From Ginkgo biloba (Eukaryota; Plantae; Ginkgophyta): a stretch of 17,333 nucleotides of DNA. Location: the NCBI GenBank assembly GCA_024626585.2, contig JANKJI020000001.1:5147900-5165232 (forward strand), written 5' to 3'. The position numbers and the translations under genes are program-made. Every line of letters starts with the position of its first letter. Positions within the stretch are counted from its first letter, which is position 1. The notes below the pieces were generated by a model. That model was given only the letters and a program-made list of their open reading frames with translations. It was not told where the DNA came from and searched no databases. Of this stretch, positions 1-10,415 are shown in pieces.

Positions 1-2742
1 ACATCTGTTCTTTTTGCACACGTTCTTATGCTCTAATGGCTCCTCTACACTTGAGAGAACCTTTATAGAGATAAAAGAACCTTTTTTTTATCTTAAGAAT
101 ATTCATTGTATCTTACAAAATAATATTATTTATTTAAATTTATATAAGAATAAAATTGTGTTCACCTACATGGCATGGCAATAGTCTATAAACTCTTTCG
201 TGGTGTGCCACCTATTAACATGGTTTTCCATAGTGTACTGCACATTCATGCACTTTTCCATAACACACTAAAAATCCTAAAATACACATCATAGATATAT
301 GGTTCCATCATATAGGATTGTTCATATTAATGTCATTATCCACTTAACGCATTTACTTACATAATATTTATGCACATCCATGATATCTTGAAGTCGTGTC
401 ATACTCAAATTTATTTATTTTCTTAATTATTGATTATTTTTTAGCATATTGTATCATGGGATAAATGATTCATTTATTTTTACATAAATGTTGTCCCACA
501 TGGCCTCTAAGCTATTCAAATTTATTAAATCTAGTTAGAATTCTCCTTACAAGAATCTAGGCAACTACATTTCCAACAATACTAACTAAATTCATTTTCG
601 AGGAATCCTAATTTTCCTATAAGTACCCTCCAATTTAGTGGTAAGGAAAGGATATATTTTTAGAACTATTATGCTATTATATGTTTTCTTCACTTAATCT
701 TACAAGCCACTTTACTTTGATAGTTGATATTTGTTCACAATACTCATGTTAGTTTTGTTATTTTCACTTTCTTAGTAGCATTGTTTCCCATAGATATTTC
801 AACAAACCTAGTCTCCTTGACATTAAATTTTAGTAATTTAAGCAAGGTTTTAATGCTAGTGTTATTCTCTTATTTCCTTTTGTTCAATTCATATGAGCTC
901 ATTTCACTTCTTACAATCTTCTTGTCCAACCCANNNNNNNNNNTTTTTTTAAGTCTCGTCAACCTACTAACCTATTAATTATTTCTCTATAAATACATAT
1001 ACCTAAATTCAACAAGAAATATAGATATCTAGGGGAAGGATTGTAGTATTAAAGGGAAGGAACTTTAGAGATATTTAGAGACAAGCATTGGGTTGTAAAT
1101 AAGCCTCTAATTTTCACATAGTGTTTCTTTTATAAATTTTAATACATTGATTGATTCAATTTGATGTTTCGCCAATATTTGTGTGACTAAAATTATTTTA
1201 TTGANNNNNNNNNNNNNNNNNNNNNNNNNNNNNNNNNNNNNNNNNNNNNNNNNNNNNNNNNNNNNNNNNNNNNNNNNNNNNNNNNNNNNNNNNNNNNNNN
1301 NNNNNNNNNNNNNNNNNNNNNNNNNNNNNNNNNNNNNNNNNNNNNNNNNNNNNNNNNNNNNNNNNNNNNNNNNNNNNNNNNNNNNNNNNNNNNNNNNNTT
1401 CTTTATTTTTATAAAATTATAAATATTTAGTCTAGTTCCAAATTGGAGGGTTATATTACATATTACATGTTTCTCATTTATCGTTTCTACATTATAAAAT
1501 CTAGAACCTTACATCATTCTAGCATGTTAATCATTATTTCAATTTCAATTATTTAGGATTAATATTGTGTTTTTAGATTTGAATATATTTCCATTTCAAC
1601 AAATTAATTTTAAACACAAGAGATATTCATTGTTATCACCTTCCTTGTTAACAGGGATTTCTACAATCCCTATCCTTTATGAGGGCCACCCTTGCAAGCT
1701 TATTTTGTACAACATATTATTAACAAATACAAGAATATGAAACATTTAACATAAATAATTAGTATTTATTATTTCGTTTGGGGCTAAAAAGGGAATAGGA
1801 GAAAGTATTTTATTTATTTTCATTCATTTCAATAATTGTCATAGTGTAGTATCATTTTATTCATTTTGAAGTAAGACACAATACACACATATTTCTTCAA
1901 GGTGGCTTGTTACTTTGGTTTGGTATCTCATAATGGGAGGACATGGCTATAATTTTTACCTATGTGAGGAGGTGTTTATTTATACCTAAGATCACATTTC
2001 TAGCGACCATACTAGGGATGTAAAATTTTCTTTTAGAGAGGCTTATCTTTCCTTTGATTAGTTCCTTGGGTATGTAATACATAATTATTAATAAGTGGAT
2101 CCCTAATACATTTAAGAGTATTTCAATAGGCTAATATCAACTATGATTATATAGTAGGTATTTCTTGACACCCTCTCATAGTGGTTATATTTCATCACTA
2201 GTTTAAAGAGGTACCATTATTAGGTATGGCCATAGGCCTATGATATTTTCTTATAAATATCAAATGGCCTTGCATGGATTTATGTACCTTTAGGTTATTC
2301 CTAAGGATTATCTCATAAAAAGGTTAGGGTCATTAATATATATTATTTATATTCATGAGTATAGAGTGTATTTAATATGAGGTTAAGTATTTATTGTTAA
2401 TACACTAATGACTTCCTCTTAAAGGGTCCATAATGTCTCTAACACCTTTTGTAGTAATATAGTTGACCATTCTCTAGGTCCCTATATATTTACCTCAATT
2501 TAATCATGGGGTTTTAGAGAAGGATCGTATCATGATCTTTAGAGTCAATATTTTCCAAAGGATACCCTTAGACACTACTCTTAGATATATTAAATTGAGA
2601 ATTCTTAACTTGCTTTCTAGGTGCCTACCCACATTAGAATTATGCAAGGAATCAATTATCATAGGTTCCTTCATTAAATTTGGAAAGATCATGAATTTTA
2701 AAATAATTTAAATATTTGGAACACTTATTTTAGATTTGTAAG
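1..2742. other. AT-rich, CpG-depleted intergenic sequence, probably old TE-derived, unassignable
   Basis: Very few CG dinucleotides, composition like the recognisable TE remnants, no recognisable protein motif, contains two gaps. Confidence 0.35.
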
Positions 2743-3442
2743 NNNNNNNNNNNNNNNNNNNNNNNNNNNNNNNNNNNNNNNNNNNNNNNNNNNNNNNNNN
2801 NNNNNNNNNNNNNNNNNNNNNNNNNNNNNNNNNNNNNNNNNNGCTATGATAAATCATTCATTCGTGCATTCCAATGGAGCTTCCAAATCAAAATTTATAA
2901 AGGAGCTTTCAAATCACTTTTTGTATAGAAGTCAATTGTGACCAATTTTTTCACTAGAATAACATATTTCCTAAGATATTCCTCATACATTAAGAAGAAA
3001 ATTAAATGAATAAAATTCTCTACTATGGTGCTTCACTCATAGACACAAACAAATTTAAAATTAAATAGATACTCAAAGTGAAATTAATTCTATACGAACC
3101 ATGTGAAAATAGAACTTTCTTCGGCCCAAGCATTTAGGTTCAAATCATGGACCATCAGTATTTTTCTCTAGTGCTCAATTAAAATTTGGCATCAAGTTGA
3201 AATAGGGTTTTTTCTCCATATTTTCATCCCATCCCCAATCATCTTTCTCTCATAAAAGATAACACCTCTCCCTTTTCACAGTTGACTTTCTGTCCATTCC
3301 TGACACAGATTTTTTAATTGCTCCTGCAAAGACTAAATTTTCTTGAAGACTAGGAAGAATTATCTTGAGGTACTGAGCACACAAAGCTGACAAAAAATTT
3401 CATGCGCCAAGTAATGCTTTCAGGCGGGGTGATAGATACAAT

Positions 3443-3575
3443 TCACAGCCATTCTGCTGTTATTAAGAGATGAATCACAAGAAACATTGTTACTCCTCCA
3501 ATGAACCATGATGAAGCAACTCCAGAATTCATGCCAGATGAGGATGAGTGATTGGTTGTATTGCTTGTACTATTT
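3443..3575 (-). CDS. Exon 5: S/T/N-rich linker and GPI-anchor signal
   Basis: Acceptor TTGTGCAG ends at 3576. (G)NSTSNTTNHSSSSGMNSGVASSWFIGGVTMFLVIHLLITAEWL then TGA at 3445-3443. Small residues, a spacer and a hydrophobic tail fit a GPI signal. Not in the supplied ORF track. Confidence 0.85.
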
Positions 3576-6208
3576 CTGCACAATCAAAAGTGAATGGTTA
3601 AGTGATACTGTGATCTACCCCAAAAAAGTACAAACAAGCTCCTCATCCACATTTTACACATGAAAGCAAGATTCCAAAGCCAGTCAATCACTTATTTGGC
3701 CAAAGGGTCTATAACTAAATGAGTCAAAGTCAATCATTAGGGTGTTATTTTCCCACTAGAAAGCACAACATCAATCTGCACAGAATCACAATATGCACAT
3801 GCAACACAGATCCCATTTTGTCGATTGTTGTCTATAATGCCAACTCTCACAGAGCCACCTTATGCATGCAAGGGCAGATTGTACCACAGTATGGGGCACT
3901 GGATCATCAATCAATTGCAGGCAGGTGAGACAAAGTGGGTATGTTCCAAAAAGCAGCAGCAAGGAAAGCTTCAGTTACTTGGGATACCATGAGAGAGATC
4001 CTTAATATGTGAGGTAGCCATTTTCAGTGGAGCCTATGAGCCACAAGTGGAGAATGGGCTGGAATTCTCACAGGCTGCTTAAACGGATTTGTTTCTATAT
4101 TTCTCAAATTTCAGCTACTATGAACTGCACTCTATCTTCACAAGTTGAGTAATTCTATAGCCCCTGAATAGTCTCTTTCACCACCTGTCCGAATTTTGAT
4201 GAGACTATATTGCTTCTTTAAAAGCTTGTAAAAAACATCAATTAGTGGAGATGGTAGAAAAAAGAAGCACTTGGTATTATGATTTCACTCTTTAGGAGCT
4301 GGGTTTAATATGATCTNNNNNNNNNNNNNNNTGAAAGGTCAGAAGTCTGCCATAGTCTGAAGATCTGTATCATGGCTAATGTTTTAAGCCTATACTGGGA
4401 CTTAAAACCCGGAAGAATCAAAAGAAACAAGCAAAGTAACTTATTCTTGTTCTATGTGTACAGTCATAAGCCAATGGATTCAATATTTACCCTGATGTTG
4501 TATACACGCAAGACTCGTAGCCTGCAAACCACAAACCACAGAAGATGTGTCTGTTAGCCTTAAGTTAGAAATACACATAGGCAGTAGAAACCCATTTTCA
4601 AGACTAATGTAGAAAGTAAAAAAGATCGGCAAAATGCAATATAACTTACTTGGATCCTTGGTCGTTACATTCCCAGTTCCACCAAAATTGCAAGCCACAG
4701 AAGAATGCCCATTCTTCTGGTAATAGCTGTTAAAGGCGTATGAAGCATGGGAAACAAGACTATCAGGCTGAAAACAAGGCTGGCCAGGCTGAATAGCAGA
4801 ACAATCCACATTACCAGAACCACATGCCCAATCCACGGCTTTCTGTAAGTCGGCTTCTTTCGCATATGGTGATGCAACACACCATGTAGTTCCATCCACT
4901 GAAATATTTCCTTCTGGAGCCACATATGTTGTCCCACTGCCTGTTATGTCTACATTGTAAACCTTGGTTTCATCCGGATAGAAGAGTCCCCAGTTGCGTT
5001 CAGACTCCATGCCAGGCTTTCGATTCTCATTGAAGAGAGAAAATATGTATGTATCAATCTCCTGGCCCGGCCTTGAGGGTGTCCCAGTGTTGTTAATAAC
5101 ATGCCTGACCAGATTTGCGTTGTATATTGCAGCATTGTCTGGGGTTGTAGCAGGCTCCTTTTTTCCTNNNNNNNNNNATTCAGGATGCAAGGAGGCCCAC
5201 TCATGTGGCCTCTTGTTTAAGCAACATTTCACATCATGAGGGTATCATCCTCTCATGGGGCCCTCAGCATCAATCTGTGCATCAAACATGTTAGAGTACA
5301 CGAGGCCTGTGTTGGGATCAATGACTCCTCCATTAGGTTTGAATAAGGCATAGTCGAGAGAAACTTTTGCGGGAGAATCTCTGTAGGCATAGTAGGGATA
5401 AACATCGACCATGAAGGGGGACTGTGTCTGAGCCAGAAATTGCAGCATGGGCTTCAGGTAGAAGGCATAGCTGCTATTGAATGCCCCTGCAGAGGGTGGA
5501 AATGATTTGGAAAGTACATCAAGTGAATGGGTACAGGAAACCTTGATTTTCTTGGCAAGCCCAGCTTTCTTTAAAGCTGTCTGCACATTGCGCATGGCTG
5601 GAACAACTAGGGAAGAGACATTAATGGAACTGTCAGTTACCTCTGCCCCTACAGTTACATATGTTATCTTGGTGGCAGGGTAGTATGGCAATATATTGTT
5701 GGTAACCCATGTATCTGCTGTAGTTTGGTACTGTGAAAACCCAAGCAAATCTGCATTAGGTATCCCCACCATGAGCTCAATACCAGTGTTTGCAAAGGCT
5801 TGAAGTACCTGCACAAACGGAAATCAGGCTTCTCATCTCCTACTTTACCATATGTTTTTGTCAACAAATGGGATTTTTCATAATACAGCAAGCGTTCAGT
5901 GAAACTGACCTGTACATTGGAGTCATAGATCCTTACGTTCTTAATGCCTATAGATTTTGCAAATCGTGCAACTTTCTCTGGTCTTGGAAGGTTATTTCCA
6001 TGTCGTCCGTAGCAGGCTCCCAACGCTCTCCCTCTTACCAACACTGCAAATCCCATAAATTTCATGATGGATATACACACAAAACATATGAAGAATATAA
6101 AAATCTGCGAAGTAACATAAATTTGTATAATAATAATATTTTGGTTTACTGACCTGGACAACATCCAGTAATCATCAATATTAGCAGCCACACCAACATC
6201 TTCTCCAT
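3443..6208 (-). CDS. GPI-anchored glucan endo-1,3-beta-glucosidase (GH17 + X8/CBM43). Exons: 6208-6154, 6043-5910, 5808-4650 (interrupted at 5265-5168), 4521-4491, 3575-3443
   Basis: Spliced by hand. Signal peptide MEKMLVWLLILMITGCCP/VLVRG. GH17 motifs GACYGRHGNNLP, VRIYD, VTVGAE, SFPPSAGAF, PFMVDVYPYYAY, NMFDAQIDA, YIFSLFNENRKPG, SERNWGLFYP. X8 domain with six Cys (WCVA, WACG, DCS, PCF, ACNF, SCVY). Hydrophobic C-terminus. All introns are GT..CAG with matching phases. From memory it resembles the Arabidopsis glucan endo-1,3-beta-glucosidase 12/13 subfamily. Confidence 0.93.
4491..4521 (-). CDS. Exon 4, a 31-nt micro-exon completing X8: (S)YESCVYTTS(G)
   Basis: Acceptor TTTGCAG ends at 4522 and donor GG|GTAAAT starts at 4490. 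It supplies the last X8 Cys (DPSYxxCxY pattern), and its phases fit both neighbours. Confidence 0.87.
4650..5167 (-). CDS. Exon 3, 3' part (GH17 C-terminus and most of the X8 domain)
   Basis: Open frame GKKEPATTPDNAAIYN...SERNWGLFYP...TWCVA...ACNFGGTGNVTTKDP. Donor A|GTAAGT at 4649. Confidence 0.93.
5266..5808 (-). CDS. Exon 3, 5' part (GH17 core including the acid/base Glu in VGAE, 5641-5643)
   Basis: Acceptor TTTGTGCAG ends at 5809. Open frame VLQAFANTG...NMFDAQIDA, after which GH17 similarity stops abruptly. Confidence 0.93.
5910..6043 (-). CDS. Exon 2 (N-terminus of the GH17 domain)
   Basis: Acceptor TTTGCAG ends at 6044. Encodes (V)LVRGRALGACYGRHGNNLPRPEKVARFAKSIGIKNVRIYDSNVQ. Donor CAG|GTCAGT at 5909. 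Exons 1+2 total 189 nt, in frame with exon 3. Confidence 0.92.
6154..6208 (-). CDS. Exon 1 of the beta-1,3-glucanase (signal peptide)
   Basis: ATG at 6208 gives MEKMLVWLLILMITGCCP+G, followed by donor G|GTCAGT at 6153. A phase-1 intron after the signal peptide is typical of plant GH17 genes. An alternative in-frame ATG lies at 6199. Confidence 0.85.
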
Positions 6209-7068
6209 TGCCGTTGTCAATATTCTGCCTGTTAAAAACAGGTCCCGCACACTCTTGTACGTGGATTGCATTTCCCTTAAGAAAGCAAGGAAAATATATT
6301 GTGCTGAAAGCGAGATGGGTATTGGTGAGTAGAGCCGGACTATGTCATCTTAAACGACGCAACCGTTGTCACCAAGATAATGTCGTTTGATGGAGTTTCA
6401 TTACGCATTCGAGAAAGCTATGAACGTGGGTTCATTTAGTTTAAATACGATAATATTTTAGGAACCCAGAACTTCATAATGATTTACAGATTTTAGAATT
6501 TAATTCTCATGAGATTAGTTTCATAATGGTTGAGATGTATGTAGAGAATGATTGAGAGGGCATTTACAGATTGAAGAGAGGAAAAGCAAAAAAAACATGG
6601 AGTCGTCTCTCCGTTCATCAACTTGCGACAAATGCTAGTTGGATTTCATGCTGCACCCAAAACCGTTGGTGGAATTATTGCAAAACGTTAAGCTTTCTTT
6701 ACTAAGTTTTGCACCCGAAATCTAAGCTATTTCAATACAATGTCTAAGCATCACAATCACATGCGTTATTATATAAAAAATTGTACTTAAATTAACTTGT
6801 TTATCCATTTGAATTTACAATTCCATTTGTGGTTTTCCATCTAGTCGTTTGAGGACAAAGTCCAACTTTCATTTTCGAGCGAGTTGAAGAGCGGAGAGAA
6901 TCCTCCCAAAAAAAAATTCTGACGAATAATGTAGATAGATTCTTAAACAAGACCCAGATTATTAGTCCCTGCCGTCACTGAGGAGACTATAGCAATCGGT
7001 TGTTAATTAGTTTGAATTTTAGTAATAAATGAGAAGAGTTTATTTTTTTCAAAGATAGTTTTATCTTT
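6209..7068 (-). promoter_or_regulatory. Putative 5' UTR and promoter of the glucanase gene
   Basis: CpG-retaining sequence directly upstream of the ATG. On the minus strand there is a CT-rich tract (about 6540-6600), a TATA-like TATATAA (6775-6769) and an acceptor-like TTTTTAACAG ending at 6229. Confidence 0.4.
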
Positions 7069-7168
7069 NNNNNNNNNNNNNNNNNNNNNNNNNNNNNNNN
7101 NNNNNNNNNNNNNNNNNNNNNNNNNNNNNNNNNNNNNNNNNNNNNNNNNNNNNNNNNNNNNNNNNNNN

Positions 7169-9470
7169 TTTGATCTTCGTGTGAAAATGACCTTTTAATG
7201 GCAGGGGGTTTTTTGGGCCATGAATCATGATCAAGGTTCTAGGGGCATTATTATTGGCGTTTCCCCTTGGTTGGATTCTATGGTAGTTGATCATGGCATG
7301 GACCTTAGTAATAGATATGTGTGGATTACTTGTGCCCTTGCTAAGCGTCTTATTATTTTTTGTTTAATTTATGCCCCCAACTCTGTGGCAGAGACGTGTA
7401 GATTATGGAATTGGTTGTCCAATTCCCTCTCGAAAGTCGAATGGGTGTGTATGGGAGATTTTAATATGGTTGAATGGTTAGAAGATAGAGATGGAGGGTT
7501 GGATTTGAAGATTCTAGGCAGGGAGAGGGAAGAGTGGGCTGCTTGTAAATCTAGATGGATTTTGTTTAATGTCAATTAGATATAGAAGCGTCGTGGTGTT
7601 GGTGGCTGGTTTTCTTGGTCCAATAGAAGAAGAGGGGCTGAGAGGTCAAGCTAGACTAGATAGGGTTTATGCCATCTGGGATGATATAACTTTCAATCAT
7701 CCAAACAAAAGGAGTGTAAGTATCTTGCAAAAGTTTATCAGGTCAAATCATCTTCCCATCTCTACAGTTATGACACTTGGGAGTGATTTTATCATTGTCG
7801 CCTCCCTCCCCTTCAAGTTTAATGTGTCGCATTTGGATTTTGAGGAGTACCGTATTTTGATCAACCATGTTTGGAACCAGGTTCCTAGGCTTAGAGGGGA
7901 GGTAGGTTGGATTATTTGGTGGAAAGTTATTGTTTGAAGAACTGTTAAGTTCCTTAGAGGCTGGGGAAAGATGGTTGCTAAGTCTATGCATAAAAAAGAA
8001 AGGAGGGCCATGCAAAATCTAGAGTCCTGGCATGTCTTGCTTGAAGAAGATAACCACAATATTGAGCTTTAGAATAAGGTGGCCATGGAAGAGCAGACAA
8101 TTCGATGTCTAGAGGAGTACAAAGCTAGATGGACCAAGGTTAGATCTTGGATACAATGGGTGAAGGAAAGGGATGAGCCTTCCAAGTTCTATTTTGATTT
8201 TCTTAAGAGGAGGAATGTGTCTAAAAGAATCTTGGGTCTTAAGCACCTGGATGGTTTACTCATGGAAGACCTCGTAGAAATCAAAATATGTTTGGCCTTT
8301 ACTTCCATATATTTTTGCAGAACACCCCTACATGAATTAGGTTATAGAGGCCTGAGAGGCTTATAGGAAGGTTGTTCCATACAAGGTATGGGAGGGTGAG
8401 AGAGACATGCTTAGTGGCAATATTACAAAAGAGGATTTCCTTGGTGCTTTAAATATAATGAAAGATGAAAAGGTGCCAAGTTTGGATGGAATGCCCTATG
8501 AGTTCTTTAAGAGACTTTGGTTGGTGGTAGGGAAAAATTTGGTGAGGATGGTGCAAGAGGTGTTTCAATCAGGTATAATGGGGGAGCACCAGAATCAGGG
8601 CCTAATAAAGTTGATCCCAAAAATTAAGGCTCAAGACTCCATTGGGGATTAGAGACCAATTATACTATTGAATGTGTCTTATAAGATCTTAGCAAAGGTG
8701 TTAGCAATGAGGATACAAAAGGTTGCGTCCTATATTGTTTGGCTTGAGAAGACAGGGTTTATTCAAGGCCATTTTATTCTAGACACCATTCTTATAGCTT
8801 GGGAGAGCATTAAGTGGGCTAAGGAGATAGGGAAGGAAGTGTTGTTATTAAAGATAGATTTTGACAAAGCTTATGACATAATAGATTAGTCCTTCATAAT
8901 AGATATGCTTTCTTGGTTGGGTTTTAGGCCAAAATTTGTGTCCATGGTCCGGACTTTATTTTCTAATGCCTCGACTATGGTAGTAGTAAATGGACTGCTC
9001 ATTGATAAAATTACCCTCCACAAGTCCNNNNNNNNNNNNNNNNNNNNNNNNNNNNNNNNNNNNNNNNNNNNNCTTATGTATACATGGTGGTGACATATGC
9101 CTTGGGTCACTTATTGGAGGCAGTAAATATTCAAGGTTATATCAGAGGAATTAATATTTTGGGTGGGAAGGAGGTGTTGAATAACCACTTTGCTAATGAC
9201 TTGCTTCTTTCTATTTAGTTAACCCACAGTCTATCAATGGTACTCTAAGTTATTTGGAAACTTTTTGTATGGTGGCAGGTGTAGTTGTGAGTGAGCAAAA
9301 GTCTGACTTCTAGCTTATTGAGGTAGAAGATAAACCAAACTAGCTTGATCACCCCTGTAGAAGGATTTGAGATGGAGAGATTGTTTTCTACTTGGGAATC
9401 CCCTTTGGAGTTAATATTTCTCTTTCATATATGTGGGATTGGTGTATCCATAAATTACAAAAAAAAATTT
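7169..9470 (+). mobile_element. Degenerate L1-clade LINE, ORF2 remnant (AP endonuclease + reverse transcriptase), truncated at both visible ends
   Basis: EN motifs IYAPN, MGDFNMVE, FSWSN, ARLDRVY, SNHLPI (SDHxP), PFKFN. Linker RSWIQWVKERDEPSKFYF. RT motifs KVPSLDGMPYEFFK, LIKLIPK, D*RPIILLNVSYKILAKVLA, GFIQG, KIDFDKAYD, HFAND (FADD, 9189-9200), YLGIPF. Many stops and frameshifts. The QG..P motif would fall in the gap at 9028-9072. Confidence 0.93.
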
Positions 9471-10415
9471 AAAACGTCCTACTGGAGGGAGGATTCTTGT
9501 ATTGCCCACCCGAAGCTGCTGCTAACTTTACCCATTTACTGACAACTACACGAGGTTGTGAGATGTTCTCTTGTCCGCATTAAATATTTGCCATACTAAA
9601 CTCCATCATTGCAAATCTTCCCTCTTCAGTCTCTGTATCGCTTTCCCTCAGGGATTTCAAATCGCTTCTCAAATCCTACAGATAGATTTTTCTGAAATCC
9701 GAACATTTTATTAGCCTTAGTATCATTATTGGTTTATTAAATCCGAATCTGTGCCGGTGTCGCGGTCCTTAATATAACCTTTTCATTACATCCTTCGTCT
9801 TAATTAATTATATTCGACTTTAATCATAACGATAGGTTTGGGTTGAACCATAGCTAAAGGGAAAGCTATGCAATACGGACCCACTTTGATCTTGTTTTAG
9901 AAAACCCTACAACTTTGTCTAGGCCGTCTAAAGAACCACATCTTTTCTCAATTTTTCTTTTATCTTAATACAAAGGCTTGTCCAACCCATGTTGTGCTCA
10001 TTATTTCCTTACCAAGAAAAAGTATGTTTTTTTATTAGTAATAGTTGGGAAGCATGTATTGTTCTCACACGAGATTTGATATTAGTGTTAAAAAGATGTT
10101 GATTGTTGTAGCTAGATTGACTACCCATTTGGGATTTACCAAGGCTAGTTAGAAGTGTGGAAAATACATGGAGATATTTTGGGGTTTAATGTGTGCATGT
10201 GACATTGGTACGAGCCTATGGCTCACATTATGTGGAATTTTAGAGAGGGGGAGAGGGGATTTTAATGCCGTAGAAACAATTCCAAGGCGCACATCAAGGC
10301 AAGACTAGTCTTAATNNNNNNNNNNNNNNNNNNNNNNNNNNNNNNNNNNNNNNNNNNNNNNNNNNNNNNNNNNNNNNNNNNNNNNNNNNNNNNNNNNNNN
10401 NNNNNNNNNNNNNNN

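Noticed and set aside
724-2692. Short ORFs 724-978, 1183-1422 and 2504-2692
   Set aside because: They are low-complexity AT-rich or N-spanning frames with no recognisable domains.
2875-2893. Resemblance to a miR159/319 complementary site
   Set aside because: It needs gaps and several mismatches, and there is no precursor-like hairpin.
4480-4649. C-terminal tail of the 250-aa ORF (KLYCILPIFF...) as a membrane anchor
   Set aside because: It is intron 3 read-through past a perfect GTAAGT donor. Splicing restores the conserved X8 ending.
5178-5265. The foreign segment as an ordinary intron
   Set aside because: There is no GT donor before the in-frame TGA, and the possible GC donor (GAT|GCTGAG) fits the consensus poorly.
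4665-6152. Overlapping antisense and alternate-frame ORFs (4665-4937, 4950-5204, 4994-5239, 5477-5683, 5790-6152)
   Set aside because: They are shadows of the glucanase exons with no recognisable motifs.
5664-6191. 175-aa ORF as the N-terminus of the glucanase
   Set aside because: It reads through introns 1 and 2. Only 6043-5910 is coding in this frame.
9459-9467. A-run at the LINE end as a poly(A) tail
   Set aside because: It falls in ORF2 coding sequence (HKLQKK) shortly after the RT domain, far from where a LINE 3' end would be, and no TSD is evident.
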